A DNA stretch of 64,000 nt from Massalongia carnosa (taxonomy: Eukaryota): positions 1,984,001-2,048,000 of the forward strand of contig OZ287076.1 of assembly GCA_965645245.1 (NCBI GenBank), in the 5' to 3' direction. Below, in pieces: positions 24,584-36,892 of this stretch; position 1 is the first letter of the stretch; each line of letters starts with the position of its first letter. A program made the translations under genes and the position numbers. The notes below the pieces were generated by a model. It was not told the DNA's origin, made no database searches, and was given only the letters and a program-made list of their open reading frames with translations.

Positions 24584-25388
24584 CGTCGTCGCTATCAATC
24601 GAACGCTGCTGTTCTCGATTAAGACGAGCGGGATCAAGACAGGCAGACTGTAAGGAGAGACACCGTTGCGATCCACATTATGCGTGCATCGAGCACTACG
24701 ACATCCTGACGGAGAAACTGAATGAAGATGCAACAACAATGACGATAATCGAGAAAAAGTACGTAGAGAAACCCTCTCGTTGTGTAATTAAAGGGAGTAA
24801 AGGCGCGTGGGGAGTGCGTGACCCGCTGAAAGTTTCAGCCTTGCACTACTCGTGTGGCCCAAGAAGTCTGTCGTTCCCTTTTTGGGTTAGCGTTCTACAA
24901 GAGGGTTTGACCAATAGAATCGCTTCATTATTCCCCGCATTTCCCACCTAAATGATCAAATCGAAGCATTCTTTTGTCAACTAATCATCATCATGACTAC
25001 AACTTTTGAATTTGTGTGTGAGTATCATAGTCCTTCTGTTTCTTATATCATACTCCCTTACTAGGGTGCCCGAACAACTTTCCGACCTCTCATCACCGCC
25101 CTCAATGCGATGATCGAGTCGTATTTTCACTTCGTCCAAGCGACAGCGTCCCCAAGATAGGAATTGCAACGATGGATCAAGCGATGTTTTTGGGCTGGCT
25201 TAAAAAGAGTCAGGATAAGGATTTGTTTCAGCAGAGATTAGAGAACGATCAGGAAAGAATCGAGGGAAAAATCGTTCATATGGAATTGATTGAATGGAAC
25301 AAAGGGGGAGGCATGTATTCAAGAGGAATTGTTTCTATCCTCTAAAATTATTCCTGCCTTCTGCGTCTATGCAGCGCCACAATTTGGT

Positions 25389-25800
25389 CTACCATTCAGC
25401 AGAAAGATGCTCTGCTGAGTCTTTTAACTCGGAAGAATTCCATGCATTTGTCAGAAATTCTCGTGCCTTCTTCTGAGCGTCTTTTCCAGCCCCTCGAATT
25501 TTCAACCATTCGGGCATCAATCGTCTTTTTTCACTGGCCCACAACCCCTCGATAACGTTTAAATCTGGAGAATTAGCCGGCCAATCCTCTTTGAAAATGC
25601 CTCGTTTCTCTTGATCCTCCTTGCATTGCTTGGCGGCCTTGGTGTGAGATGGTGCGTTGTCTTCAATCAACCACACCTTTTTGTCAGGATGGGCCCTTTG
25701 AACCTCTTCATAGAATGGGTATAGCAGAGGCAAAAGGACCTTGTTTCTATAGAGAAATGCGTCTATTCCGCCCTTCTTACCCCGACGTTCGAGCCTTCAT
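25389..25800 (-). pseudogene. Tc1/mariner (DDE_3) transposase remnant
   Basis: GGIDAFLYRNKVLLPLL, EDNAPSH, WPANSPDLNVIE. Confidence 0.88.
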
Positions 25801-26614
25801 GTTTGAACAGTCTTTCGGGAGTAAATTTCATTTGTCGACCTTTGTTTCCTTTGATCCCACCTATTCGTAAATTTTTATTAGGTAACTCAACTGCGAAATT
25901 CTTGTCCTGAATTTGTTAGCAATTCTCAATCAATTTGTGGAAATTTTCTTTTGGTTGTCATGAAATATTCCAAGCTTTTGTGGTCGGTCAACACTTTGAT
26001 TGGGAGCTCGGTGGATTGCAGCTCAGGCCTCCATTACTCAAAACATTTGATTATTGCAAGCAATTCTTTATCGTATATTTCATAATTGCATTCGGCTGGT
26101 AACAGGCTCTTTGAAAAGAAGGCTACTGTTCTGATAAGTCCATCTTCACCTCTTTGCGATAATACTCCGGCTGACACATAATCAGATGAATCCGATTCCA
26201 CGAACGTTTCTCGACTTGGGCTGAAATGTGCGAGGACCGGGGCCTCGGTCACCCGTCTTTTCAATTCGGAACAAGCTGCTTGGCAGGCTGGGGTCCAATT
26301 GAATGGTTCGTCTTTTCGAGTTAGATGTACGAGGGGTTTGGCTATTTTGGAGAAGTCTTTGATAAAACGTCTATAAAAGTTGATAAATCCTAGAAAGGCC
26401 TGCACCTGTGTTTAAGATGCCTAGGGATGGCCCATTCGACGACTGCCTCAATTTTGGTAGGGTCCATCTTGATCCCATTCCGCCCGACTACCACTCCTAG
26501 GAACTTTTTTTCGGTCACATGGAATTCGCATTTACAAACATCAGCCTGAATACCAGCTTCTCGAAGCTTTTGTAGAACCTTTCGAATATGTTTTCGGTGG
26601 TCAGTTATGGTTTC

Positions 26615-26806
26615 TGTCAAGTATATAAGGGTCAAAAGGCATAATCAGGGAATTGGGTAGATGTTGATTGTATTGTGGAGGATGTGGAAAAGTGGGAATC
26701 TATCTAAGGGGGGAGGCCAAGTTTCTAGTCGGGCCGGAATAACCCTTCGGATATATCATCCTGAGTTACCACTGATATTTAGGATTAGTTATCCTATAAT
26801 TTGACA
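26615..26806. mobile_element. Solo LTR family I inside the gypsy-2 RT
   Basis: TGTCAA...TTGACA termini, TSD GTTTC. Confidence 0.92.
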
Positions 26807-27282
26807 GTTTCACTATAAACCAAGAGATCGTCCAGATAGGCTATTAGGAATTCGTCTAGATATTCTAAGAAGGTATCGTTGATGAAGTTCTAAAACGTAG
26901 CAGGGCCGTTGGTCAGTCCGAAGGGTAATACTAGAGATTTATATGACCCAAATCGCGTGCGGAAGGTGTAGAAGTATGAGGTTATTCATTGTTGTTATAT
27001 TAATGATTCTATGACTCTACCTCTAAGGTCTAAAATCATCCTAGTCCAGGATGCGTGCCGCATACCGGAATAGGTCCACTGTTACACGTGAGCATAATGA
27101 TATCTAGCGCCATAGGTTGGTATCCAACACCCCCCCACAAGCTATGCGCTAGTTACGTAAGAATCGCCCACGCTAACGAATCGATTTTTATCTCGTTTTT
27201 TTTGGAAGAATCAGCAGCTGTTGGTTGCATCGGTTCATTGGTAGGTTGTGGCTCCAGGTAGTGTGGCTGTGCTGGTTTGGCT

Positions 27283-30200
27283 CTAGGTCATCTGCATCTG
27301 TTCGACAAAGGTGTGGAACTTTGCGTGCGTTAGGGCCTTCGTCAGGCCGTCGGCGATCATCTCCCCAGTTGGCACGTAGGTCAACTCGATTCTCTTTGCC
27401 TCCACCTCGTCTCGGATGTAATGGTGCTGGATATCGATGTGTTTGGTCCTGGCATGGAATACTGGGTTATGTGCCAGAGCAAGAGATCCTTGGTTGTCAC
27501 CTTTGAGTGAAACAGTGGGGTCTCCGTCGCTGGGCTTGAGGCTGTTGAGGTCTCTGTTGATCGCTTGTACGCACGAGTTCTTGTTGGAGACCTTGATCTC
27601 AGCATGCTGTTGGTCCGCTTCCAACACCCCAAGCTCTGTGAGGAGTAGACGAAGCCAGGTGGCTTCGTCGGCGGCCAGCGTGAGTGCGATGTATTCCGCT
27701 TCTGTGGAAGAGAGAACAACTGTTAATTGCCTTTTAGAGCACCAGCTTATCGGTCCCCGGTTCAGCATAAAGATGAAACCGGATGTTGACTTCCGGCTGT
27801 CCTTGTCACCTGCCCAATCCGAGTCCGAATAGCCTTCGATTTTCAGTTCTTCATCCCCCCCATAGGTTATGCCTCGATGTTTCGAGCCCTTGAGGTATTT
27901 GAGGATGGTTTTGACTGCTTCGGTGTGCTGATGGCTCGGGTTCTTGGCAAAGCGACTTACGAGGGACGTGGCGAAGGCAATATCTGGTCTGGTCTCTACC
28001 ATGGAGAACATTATGGACCCGTCATTCCTTGGTATCTCTCCTTCTCTGGTGGTGAGGCTTCTCCTTCTCTGGTGGTGAGGCTTCTCCTTCTCTGGTGGTG
28101 AGGCTTCTCCTTCTCTGGTGGTGAGGCTTCTCCTTCTCTGGTGGTGAGGCTTCTCCTTCTCTGGTGGTGAGGCTTCTCCTTCTCTGGTGGTGAGGCTTCT
28201 CCTTCTCTGGTGGTGAGGCTTCTCCTTCTCTGGTGGTGAGGCTTCTCCTTCTCTGGTGGTGAGGCTTCTCCTTCTCTGGTGGTGAGGCTTCTCCTTCTCT
28301 GGTGGTGAGGCTTCTCCTTCTCTGGTGGTGAGGCTTCTCCTTCTCTGGTGGTGAGGCTTCTCCTTCTCTGGTGGTGAGGCTTCTCCTTCCTCGCGTTGGG
28401 AGAGTGGCACAGATTCTTTCATCGGGGTGTTGACGGGGTTGGCTTTGTCGAGATGGAATCTCTCCAACACTTTTTCGATGTAGGCCGGTTGAGACAGTTT
28501 GATGGTTCGTTGCTTTCGATCCGGATCTATTCTCAGTCCTAGGTAAAAGCTGATGGGACCCATATCTGACATAGAGAATGCAGCTGTGAGTTCTGCTTTG
28601 ACTCGCTTGATTATCCCACTGTCCTTTGGCGCCATAATCTTGATGTCATCTACGAAGACGCTGAGTACGGGACCTTTCAGCCCTGCACCCGATACGAATA
28701 TACTGTGGTCTACGTGGATGCGTTTCAAGCCTAGTTTCTCGAGGAGGAAGGCTGAAAAGCGTTCGTACCAGAGGCGGGGAGATTGTTTGAGGCCGTAGAT
28801 AGCTTTCAACAGTTTGCAAACCATATTCTTTGTGGCTTCTGTCTCAGTTCCCTTTGGAATCTCTATATATATCAGTTGATCAATGAGGCCATAGAGAAAA
28901 GCCGTTTTTACGTCCATCTGGTCGATGTCCAGGTCGAAGAAGGCGGCAAGGGCGAACAGGGTTCTGAAGGCCATTGGCTTCACCACGGATGCGTAGGTTT
29001 GATCGAAATCAACACCAAACTGTTGTAGGTACCCTTTGATAATCCATCTGGCTTTGAATCTAGATACCTTGCCTTCGACATCACACTTGACCTTATACAC
29101 CCATTTCCCCCCCAGAGGTCGATGACCTGACTCCATCTCGTTCTTTGGTATGAGAACCCAGGTCTTGTTTTCGTGTAGAGAGTCTATTTCTTCTTTCATT
29201 GCCTGTGCCCACTGCGAGGCGTGGGGGCATTGCATTGCCCTGTTGTATGACTCAGGTTCTTCGACATCTAATTGGGTGGCAAGGACGTAGTCTCCTTTAC
29301 TTTGGGCGTTGGCCTGAATGAGCCTCGAAGTCAAGATTGTGTATGGGTCATCGTCTGCGTCATGGCCGTCCTCCTCGCATTCGATGTTTTTCAGGAACGC
29401 GTTTGCTTTTTCCTCCGAGTTGTGTTCCCAGTCAAGGTCTAGCAGCTTGCTGAGATGTACTATCAGATCTTGATCTTGAGCCTTTTGTGTAGGCCTTATC
29501 GTTCGGCCAGACCGAGACTTCCTTGTCTCCGTAGTTTCATTTGACGCTCCAGTAGTTTCATCTCTAGTAGTGACCTTTCGGCCCTTCCTAGGGGTTACTT
29601 TGCTGGGAGTTGACTCGCTGGCACCTGTTGCATTGTTGACCTTTCGGCCTACATCCAACATCTGTGTGTCGCTCGTCGCCTCGTCATCGTCATCGGAGAG
29701 TAAGAAACCTGAGAAGGTGGGAGTGTTATTGTATTCAGGAAGCTCGGTGGACGTCTTGGCCTCGTAGTCTTCAAAGATTCTGAGATCTTTGATGCGAATG
29801 ACTTTGTTCTGTTCTCGGATGTGGACTCTGTAGATTGTATGACCATCGTATCCAACAAGAATACCGCGTAAGGCTCGTGGGTTCCACTTCTCAGACTTTA
29901 AGGCTCGTTCCTCTTCGTGTAGGAGAACGTACACTGTCGAGCCTAAGACTCGGAGGTGTTGGATATCTGGGTGGATTTTCTGCTGTGCATGGTAGGGGTT
30001 GTCTCCACCTAAAGCCTTCGTGGGGCGAACGTTTTTGACGTACGTCATCGCAAGAACAATTTCAGGCCATAGCTCGTCATCAAGGCTTCCCTCTAGGATT
30101 GTCGCTCTTGTCATATCCATGATGGTTCTTCCCATTCGTTCTGACACGCCGTTTTGTTCCTGAGAGTACGGTGCTGAGGGTTCAAAAGTGATGCCCTTCT

Positions 30201-31134
30201 TCGCAAACCATTCCTCTACCCTTTTGCTCTGCAGTTCTGATCCATAATCTGAACGTAGGCGTTCGACTGGTCTCTCCTTGTGTGACCTGGTTTTGCAGAG
30301 GTTGTAGAAGGTCTTGAGACATTTGAACCAATCGCTTTTCCGGGCACCAGTGTACACTTCGGTATATCGCGTGAAGTCATCCGTAAATGTGAAGAAGTAT
30401 CTCTCCCCTCCAAAACCAACAGGGTTGATGGGACCTACTAGGTCTGTGTGTATAAACTGGTACGCCTCGCTTGCTCGTTTCTGAGGCTCGTGGCGGTTGT
30501 AGATTTTTGTGGCTTTCGCACGTTAGCAGCTGTCACACACGTACTTTTCTGAGTCGTCCACGTAGTCGATCTCCAGTTTGTGGAGATGTTGCTTCAGTGA
30601 GGGGAAGTTGAGGTGGCCGAGTCGTTTGTGCCAGGTGGTGAGAGGTAGTTTTGATGAGGTGGTGGTCCTGTAGGCGTGTGGTGGCCACTCGTACGTGTTG
30701 TCATCGATCTGCTTTAGATGAGTTGCAGAGACAGAAAGGTTGAGAGGGTGAAGAAGGAAGCTGGTCCTCCACCTTTCGGCGTAAGCCAGGGTTTCCTTTG
30801 TTCTTCTATCATAGAGTGTCTCGTTCTCATTATCATAGAAAATTCCATGAATGTTAAGAAGGCCGAGGCTGACAAGATTAGAAGGACTGTGGGGAAGGAA
30901 AAACACGTTGTTCAGGTTCAGGATCACTCCTTCGCGACCGTCTTTCAGGCTGAGGCGAAGGCGCACCTTTCCACGGCCTGGTGAAACCCCATCTGCAGTT
31001 GAGCCTCCGATCCGGGTAGGCTTTTCGTGGTACTCAGTCATCAAGCTTCGATCATTGCACACGTGCACGTCCGCCGCGCTGTCAACCAGCCAGGAAGCGT
31101 CTCTCGGCCCTTTGACCGCTAGCACCTTTGGTTG
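27283..31134 (-). pseudogene. pol: copia pol (PR-IN-RT-RH) with one in-frame TAA at 30523
   Basis: WLVDSAA, WHKRLGHLN, HTDLVGP, RSDYGSE, QNGVSER, MDVKTAFL, FVDD, YSDSDWAG, HIDIQHH. Confidence 0.93.
28037..28389. repeat. Perfect 23-bp minisatellite, 15 units plus 8 bp
   Basis: Unit TCTCCTTCTCTGGTGGTGAGGCT. Confidence 0.97.
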
Positions 31135-32091
31135 TCAACTTTCGCGGGACGGGGTCTCGGAAGGGCTCTCTGTCTGGCTTTGGAGGTTTTGCCTAGAGCC
31201 TTTTGTTCTCATCTGGTGCAGCGAGTGTTTTGGCCGAAGTTCGGGGTATCTCAGGAAACAACGGTCTGTGTAGTGCTGTGTATTTCCCTTCTTGATGCAA
31301 TCTGGGTTTGTGCAGGTCCCCGGGGGTGCTCGATTACTAGGCTTTGGTGGTTTGGAGGTGAAGAGTGCCGATTGTTTGGGTGTGCCGGATTGTCCTGGAG
31401 TTTGGTCGTTCTCTTTCCTGATTTCTGCAAACCGGATAAGCTTTTTAGTGCTCTCGGCGATGTTTGTGTTCCCCATTTTCCACTCTGTCTCCATCATAGA
31501 GACGATCCCCGAGTATTCGTTTCCCATCCCAGTGAGCAGTCCTGCCTGCAGGAGTACCTCGGCTCCTTTTGCGGGGATCTCGGAATCAGTGGGAATGAGG
31601 CCGCACACAGTGTCGTAGGCCTCTTGGTATTTGCTGCAATATTCGTGAATGTCTGTGCAGTCCGATAGTCGTAATTTGGTGGTCTCCAGGATGAGTCGCG
31701 AGATGCTCATTGGAGAGATGTGCTGAAATTTCGTTTGTAGGGTTTCCCACATTTCCTTGGCTTCTTTGCCCTCGATAGCTGCTTGGTGTTTGGAGGCTAC
31801 CGAGTTTTTGATGATGCCCTCCGCTTTGCTCAGGGAGGCTCGGTGCTCTTTAATTTCGGTGGAGAGGGCAGTCCAGAGTGCTTGGGCCGTCATTTCGGTG
31901 GGTTTGAAGCCCATGGCTATGATGTCCGATCTGACGGACTCCTTCGTTGGCTCTGGCTTTCCGGTGACTGCCCAGGCGCAGTTCTTCTGCTTGAGCTCTC
32001 CCAGAATGTAGGATCGCCATAATGTATAGTTCTCGGAGCCTTGGAGAATGATGCGGGGAGCCTTCTCCTGCTCTTCTCGTCGGTCTGACAT
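31135..32091 (-). CDS. gag: copia gag
   Basis: LQGSENYTLW, AKEMWETL, and a knuckle-like CTNPDC..H..DRC. Likely start MSDRR. Confidence 0.88.
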   Translation of the reverse strand: MSDRREEQEKAPRIILQGSENYTLWRSYILGELKQKNCAWAVTGKPEPTKESVRSDIIAMGFKPTEMTAQALWTALSTEIKEHRASLSKAEGIIKNSVASKHQAAIEGKEAKEMWETLQTKFQHISPMSISRLILETTKLRLSDCTDIHEYCSKYQEAYDTVCGLIPTDSEIPAKGAEVLLQAGLLTGMGNEYSGIVSMMETEWKMGNTNIAESTKKLIRFAEIRKENDQTPGQSGTPKQSALFTSKPPKPSNRAPPGTCTNPDCIKKGNTQHYTDRCFLRYPELRPKHSLHQMRTKGSRQNLQSQTESPSETPSRES

Positions 32092-32164
32092 TTTGTGGTT
32101 TTTTGGGCGAAGAGTTCTCAACGCCTTTGGGTTGTAGGAAGGTGGGTTGCCTTGTAGCTGTTGT

Positions 32165-32470
32165 GGTATGCGAGCGTCTTCGCTTCGTAACCTTTGGTAT
32201 ATGAGCAAGTTCTCCGCCTCGTAGCCTTCGGTATGTGAGCGTTCTGCTTCGTATGAGTGTCTTCGCTTCGTAGCTGTCTGGTATGTGAGCGTCTTCGCTT
32301 CGTAACCTTTGGTATATGAGCAAGTTCTCCGCCTCGTAGCCTTCGGTATGTGAGCGTTCTGCTTCGTATGAGCGTCTTCGCCTCGTAGCCGTCTGGTATG
32401 TGAGCGTTTGCCTCGTAGCCTTTGGTATATGAGCCTTCTGCTTCGTATCCTTTCAGTATGTGGGCGTAGC
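32165..32470. repeat. Higher-order tandem repeat in the copia 5' UTR
   Basis: Subunits of about 30 bp (GTATGTGAGCGTCTTCGCTTCGTA...) with a 115-bp period (32172 and 32287). Confidence 0.85.
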
Positions 32471-35400
32471 ACTGTTCCTATCTATTGTGGTAGGTAGTCA
32501 GGCGCATTGGCTTGATTCCACACCGCCATTTCAGAATTGGCTCCTTTTCGTAGCCAAGTGGGGTCGGATGCTACCTCATAGTAGCATCCTTAACCCTCCT
32601 GCCTCACACCGCTCCTCCTTTTCGGGTAGGAAGTTCTTCCAGAGGTGGATCGGACTTTCGGTCTGATACTGATTATGCCCCTTTTGTTCTAGGTGCTTTG
32701 CTCTGGGGGGTGTGGGGTATTTGTGGCCTGTCGCTAGCGAAGATTAATGAGCTTATGCGCTGGCCGGGCTCATAACCTGTAGAAGTATGAGGTTATTCAT
32801 TGTTGTTATATTAATGATTCTATGACTCTACCTCTAAGGTCTAAAATCATCCTAGTCCAGGATGCGTGCCGCATACCGGAATAGGTCTACTGTTACACGT
32901 GACCATAATGATGTCTAACGCCATAGGTTGGTATCCAACAGAAGGTTGTGAGATCTTCGTCCTTTTCGCTTTTCATCCTAAGTCGGTTAAAGGCATGTCG
33001 AATATCTATTCTTGTCAAAAATCTAGCCCTGGCCAATCGAGACATTATCTCAGATATCAGAGGTAGGGGATATCGATTTTTTTTGGTGATTTCATTTAGC
33101 TTTCGATAATCGACGCAGAACCGAAGTCCTCCACTCGGTTTCTTGGCGAATAGTATCGGCGAGGCAAATGGGGCCGAGCTGGCTGTAATAAATCCTTCAG
33201 ATTTTCTTCCAAACATCTCTTGACCAGTAGGAGTTCTCCCTCTGACATATTATATAGCGGGGCATGCCCAGGTCCTTCTTTACCTTCTAGCAATTCGATC
33301 GTATGGTCATGCTTTCTATGAGGGGGCAGTTCATCAGCTTTTTCCTTAGAGAAAACATCAAGAAAATCGTGATACTCGGGGGGGACTATGGTCTTAGGAT
33401 CGGTGATTGGCTTTTCTCCCTTGGCTAGTTCAAAGTTGATATCTCTCAGCGAGACTGCAAATATCTCGACATCCTTTTGTTTCGTTAATACATTAAATGG
33501 GTCTGCACCTATCATCGCTATATCCATGGCTTCTTCGCTCTCGGCGTCTTTTCTCCAAGACTTTTGCTTCAAGATATCTTCCTTTCTTGATCTTCGAACT
33601 GAAATCCGGTTCGAGTTGCTATGATTCTTTTCATCGGGTTTGTCTCTTTTCAAAATCTTCTTTGGTTGGAATATAGGCGTGGTGTCCTTTGTTGGGCCCG
33701 GTTCTTCTTCCCTGATTGGCGACGATGGGAGAGGCCTTTCGGGGGCACCTAGATGAATGCAATGATCGGAACGAAAAGAAATCGAATTCGTATGCCCATG
33801 ATAGCTAACACCATGTTTTCGCATCCAAGGCTTGCCAAGAATAATCGTTTGTTGGCCCAGCTCGGTGATCAACATTGGTGTTGAGCTCTCGGTATGATTT
33901 CCAATTTTCAGAGATGGATAAATCGCCTGGGTAATAGGCTTGCCTTTTCTTCCATCATATGCCTTTATCTCTTTCCGTCTATTTAACGTCACCGGTGAGA
34001 TATTAGCCTTTTCACATATTTCCTGCGCAGTTAGTCTATCAACAAAGCAATAACCAGTAGATCCAGTGTCAATCATCGCTCTCGTATTAAATTTATTTCC
34101 TACGATACAATCTTTCATTACTGGATGGTCATCGAATAAATCATCCTCCATAAAGGAAGATGTGATAACCAACTCATCTACCTCCGCCGCGTCTATGACG
34201 GAGGTGCGTCTTTTCCCGAATCTTCTGCTTCTGCGCTCATCTCGCTAACCCGTCCTTTTCTAGGCTGAGGGCAGTCTTTGGCCATATGCCCGGTCAGATC
34301 GCAGTTAAAACATCTTCCTTCTTTCATTCTTTTCTCCGTGATTGGATCGGGATGGGGGGCTCGGGACATAAAGGGCGTTGAAGATCGGCTGCTGGTGGCG
34401 GAAGACGTTGCGGGAGTACGGGTTAATGCGGGGGGTTGGAGGCCTTTACGATGGAGGTGGTCCCACCGGCCGTACTTACGATAGGTACCGAGGGGCCAAC
34501 AAAGTTCTTTCGATAGCCTTTCGTCTTGGTCTCAACCTCGCGGATGGTCTGATCAGTATGCATGCATAGGCGTGCGAATTCGTACAAATCGGTGGCCTTA
34601 TAGGCCTCGACGGCTAGCATCTTCTGGAGCTCAAAGTTCATCTTGTTGCGGAGCTCATTCATTAGGGTTTTTTCGGAATATTCAGGTTCGTTGGCTAAGC
34701 GTTAGAATTCTGACCAGAAGGCATGGAATTCTCGATATTTACCCACTTGTTTAAGGTCACGGAATTCTCGCAGTGCTGTTTGTTCCTTGTGAGGGTCACC
34801 ATATACTCGGTTTAAATCATCGAAAATCTCTTCAGCAGTGGTAAATGGTTTGGTAGACTCCTTTCTAAATCTAGAGGCTATATGCTTGACTGCCTCACCA
34901 CCAACCCGAGTCCGTACGTATGCCTTTTTCATGGCCTCGGTAGGGTACCAATCCGCGTTGCCTTCTAGCTTATTTCGCATGCTAGATAGCCAGTCCTCGA
35001 AGTTGTCGTCTTTATTATTTTCGAGAATGGGTGGGTCAGGAAGCTTGGGAGATTTGCCAACTCCTTCGGGGGCAGGTGTTGACGCGGTAGTGGTAGTGTG
35101 TGTATGCACATTCTCGGCCGATGCGGTGCTTGCGGACGATATGTTGGTGTTTTGAAGAAATTGGATTATCACCTTAGCTTTATCCAATTCCTCTTGGGCC
35201 GAGTCCCGCTCATCGCGAAGGGGCCGGGCTATCTCTAACGTTTCATTGAATCTTTCGGCCACCTTGTTCAATAGGTGGGTCTTCGTTCGGGACTCCGTCT
35301 TCAACTCAGTTATCATTTCCACCACCCGCTGGGGGTCCTGGCGAACAAATCCATTCAGTCTATCCACGGAGTCGATGCTATATGGGGAGTCATTATCAAT

Positions 35401-36892
35401 AATATTAGGCACAATGGACTCACGTCGGCCCTCCATGGGATCGTCTATAGTGAGCCTACTCCTTCGAAGCTCGCTGATTACTCGGGGCATTTCTTCTTTC
35501 TTTCTTGGGGGTGTTCTTATCTTGTGATCTTCTATTCGATGGCCGAGAAATCCTGGTTTCTACGATCCTGGGTTCTGGTTCTTCTGGGTCTGAGCTCTTC
35601 TTTTGATTCTGGTAATTCTGGTGGCCTAGAAATCCTTGCTTCTGAGGTCCTATGATCTAGTTCTGGTCTAAGTTCCGGGTTCTTCTTCTAATTTTTCTGG
35701 TTGAACGGTTTAATATCGTGTTCAGGATAGCAAGGGTTAAAGAAGATGCTTAGTCTAATGTAAGAACCACTATCCAGGGAAGACGAATAGTAGTCAGCTA
35801 CCTAAGAGACTAAGCATGAAGAAGAGAAATCTATCTACAAAGAAGAATGTGAAATGTATATTCCCCGTTTGCCCTTCTTCTCGAAGTTTCCATCCGGCTC
35901 TAGAAGCTTATCTCCGAAGCTTCGGTCGGAAAGATGAGATGGTTCTATGTCACGTGAGGCCCCTGAGTCAAAGTAAATTAAGAATCACCCTCTGAAAATT
36001 CTTTCCTCATCCACTTCTTCTCACTCGGCCTCATCCATCTCACTGACTCGTCGTCGACCCCACGTTGTCTCGGTGCCCCTACCTCGCTGTCAGTGCTTGC
36101 TGCTTTTCCCCACCCTCGGCCACCCGAGATTCATAGCTAGTTAGAAGCCACCTTAAGTGAGCGATGGGCGTACAGGTCAACCAGGGCATCGATCCGGAGC
36201 GCCGCCGGGCACCTCCATCTAGATCATCGCCGTCGGGCACTGCCGTCGGGCATCATCTATCGGATCGTTGAGCGTCAGCAGACGCCTCGGGCCTAGAAGA
36301 TGAGGTTCTCACCTCAGCACCGACCCCGAGTCACGTGCCTAGGCCTGCCCGGGCTGACCTGTGTCGTTCCCATGCCCAATCAAATTCAAGCATTCAAATC
36401 AATTCATCCAATTAAAAGCCCCCCCAGCGCAAGCGAAGGTAACGGCACCGATAAGGGTCATAGAGCCGTTGGATTTAGCGCTCCCACACCCGAGTCCTGA
36501 CAGACCACAGAAGAAAGCACAGCAGAAAGAACTCGAAAAGATCAATCCAGAACGGTTCATGCAGTCCAGGTGTTAGCTGGACTAACAGATTGTCCACCTA
36601 CGAAAATCATGTCACGATGCGAGGTCAAGTTGGTAATTCTGGTGGTGCAAACGTATTACTTGATTGTCTAGCTAAGTGGACAAGACGTTTGACAAGGAGA
36701 AAAGAAACAGAAAATCAAACGTGGGCGAGTATAAGACTGACGAAAGGAACTAGTCCCAATCCGGATGTTGATCCAATTTCCACCGGAGTCCCTATCATGA
36801 CACTTACGGTTGCCCTAACTGAATCGGATTAGGCTTAGTCCCTTACGGGTCGACTAGCTGGTAAGTGCTTCACCCAAGCAGGTACGATTGCC

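Larger units (their letters stand above)
26967..32940 (-). mobile_element. Full-length Ty1/copia element
   Basis: 163-bp LTRs at 26967-27129 and 32778-32940 (4 differences by eye), TSD GAAGG, PBS GGTTATGAGCCC, G-run PPT. Confidence 0.96.
25948..35970 (-). mobile_element. Ty3/gypsy element 2, 3'-truncated, interrupted by the copia and a solo LTR
   Basis: gag from 35490 to about 34195 (CFNCDLTGHMAKDC), PR (MIDTGSTG), RT split at 32941/26966 and 26807/26614, RH ([14 protein letters not shown]). An LTR starts TGTAAG at 35759; its outer end is uncertain. Confidence 0.88.

Noticed and set aside
24584..24739. N-terminal ORF extensions (also 55514-55627)
   Set aside because: They begin at non-ATG starts, and domain similarity begins at the downstream ATG.
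35971..36502. Extension of the gypsy-2 LTR to CCTGACA at 36502
   Set aside because: There is no second LTR or TSD to fix the boundary.
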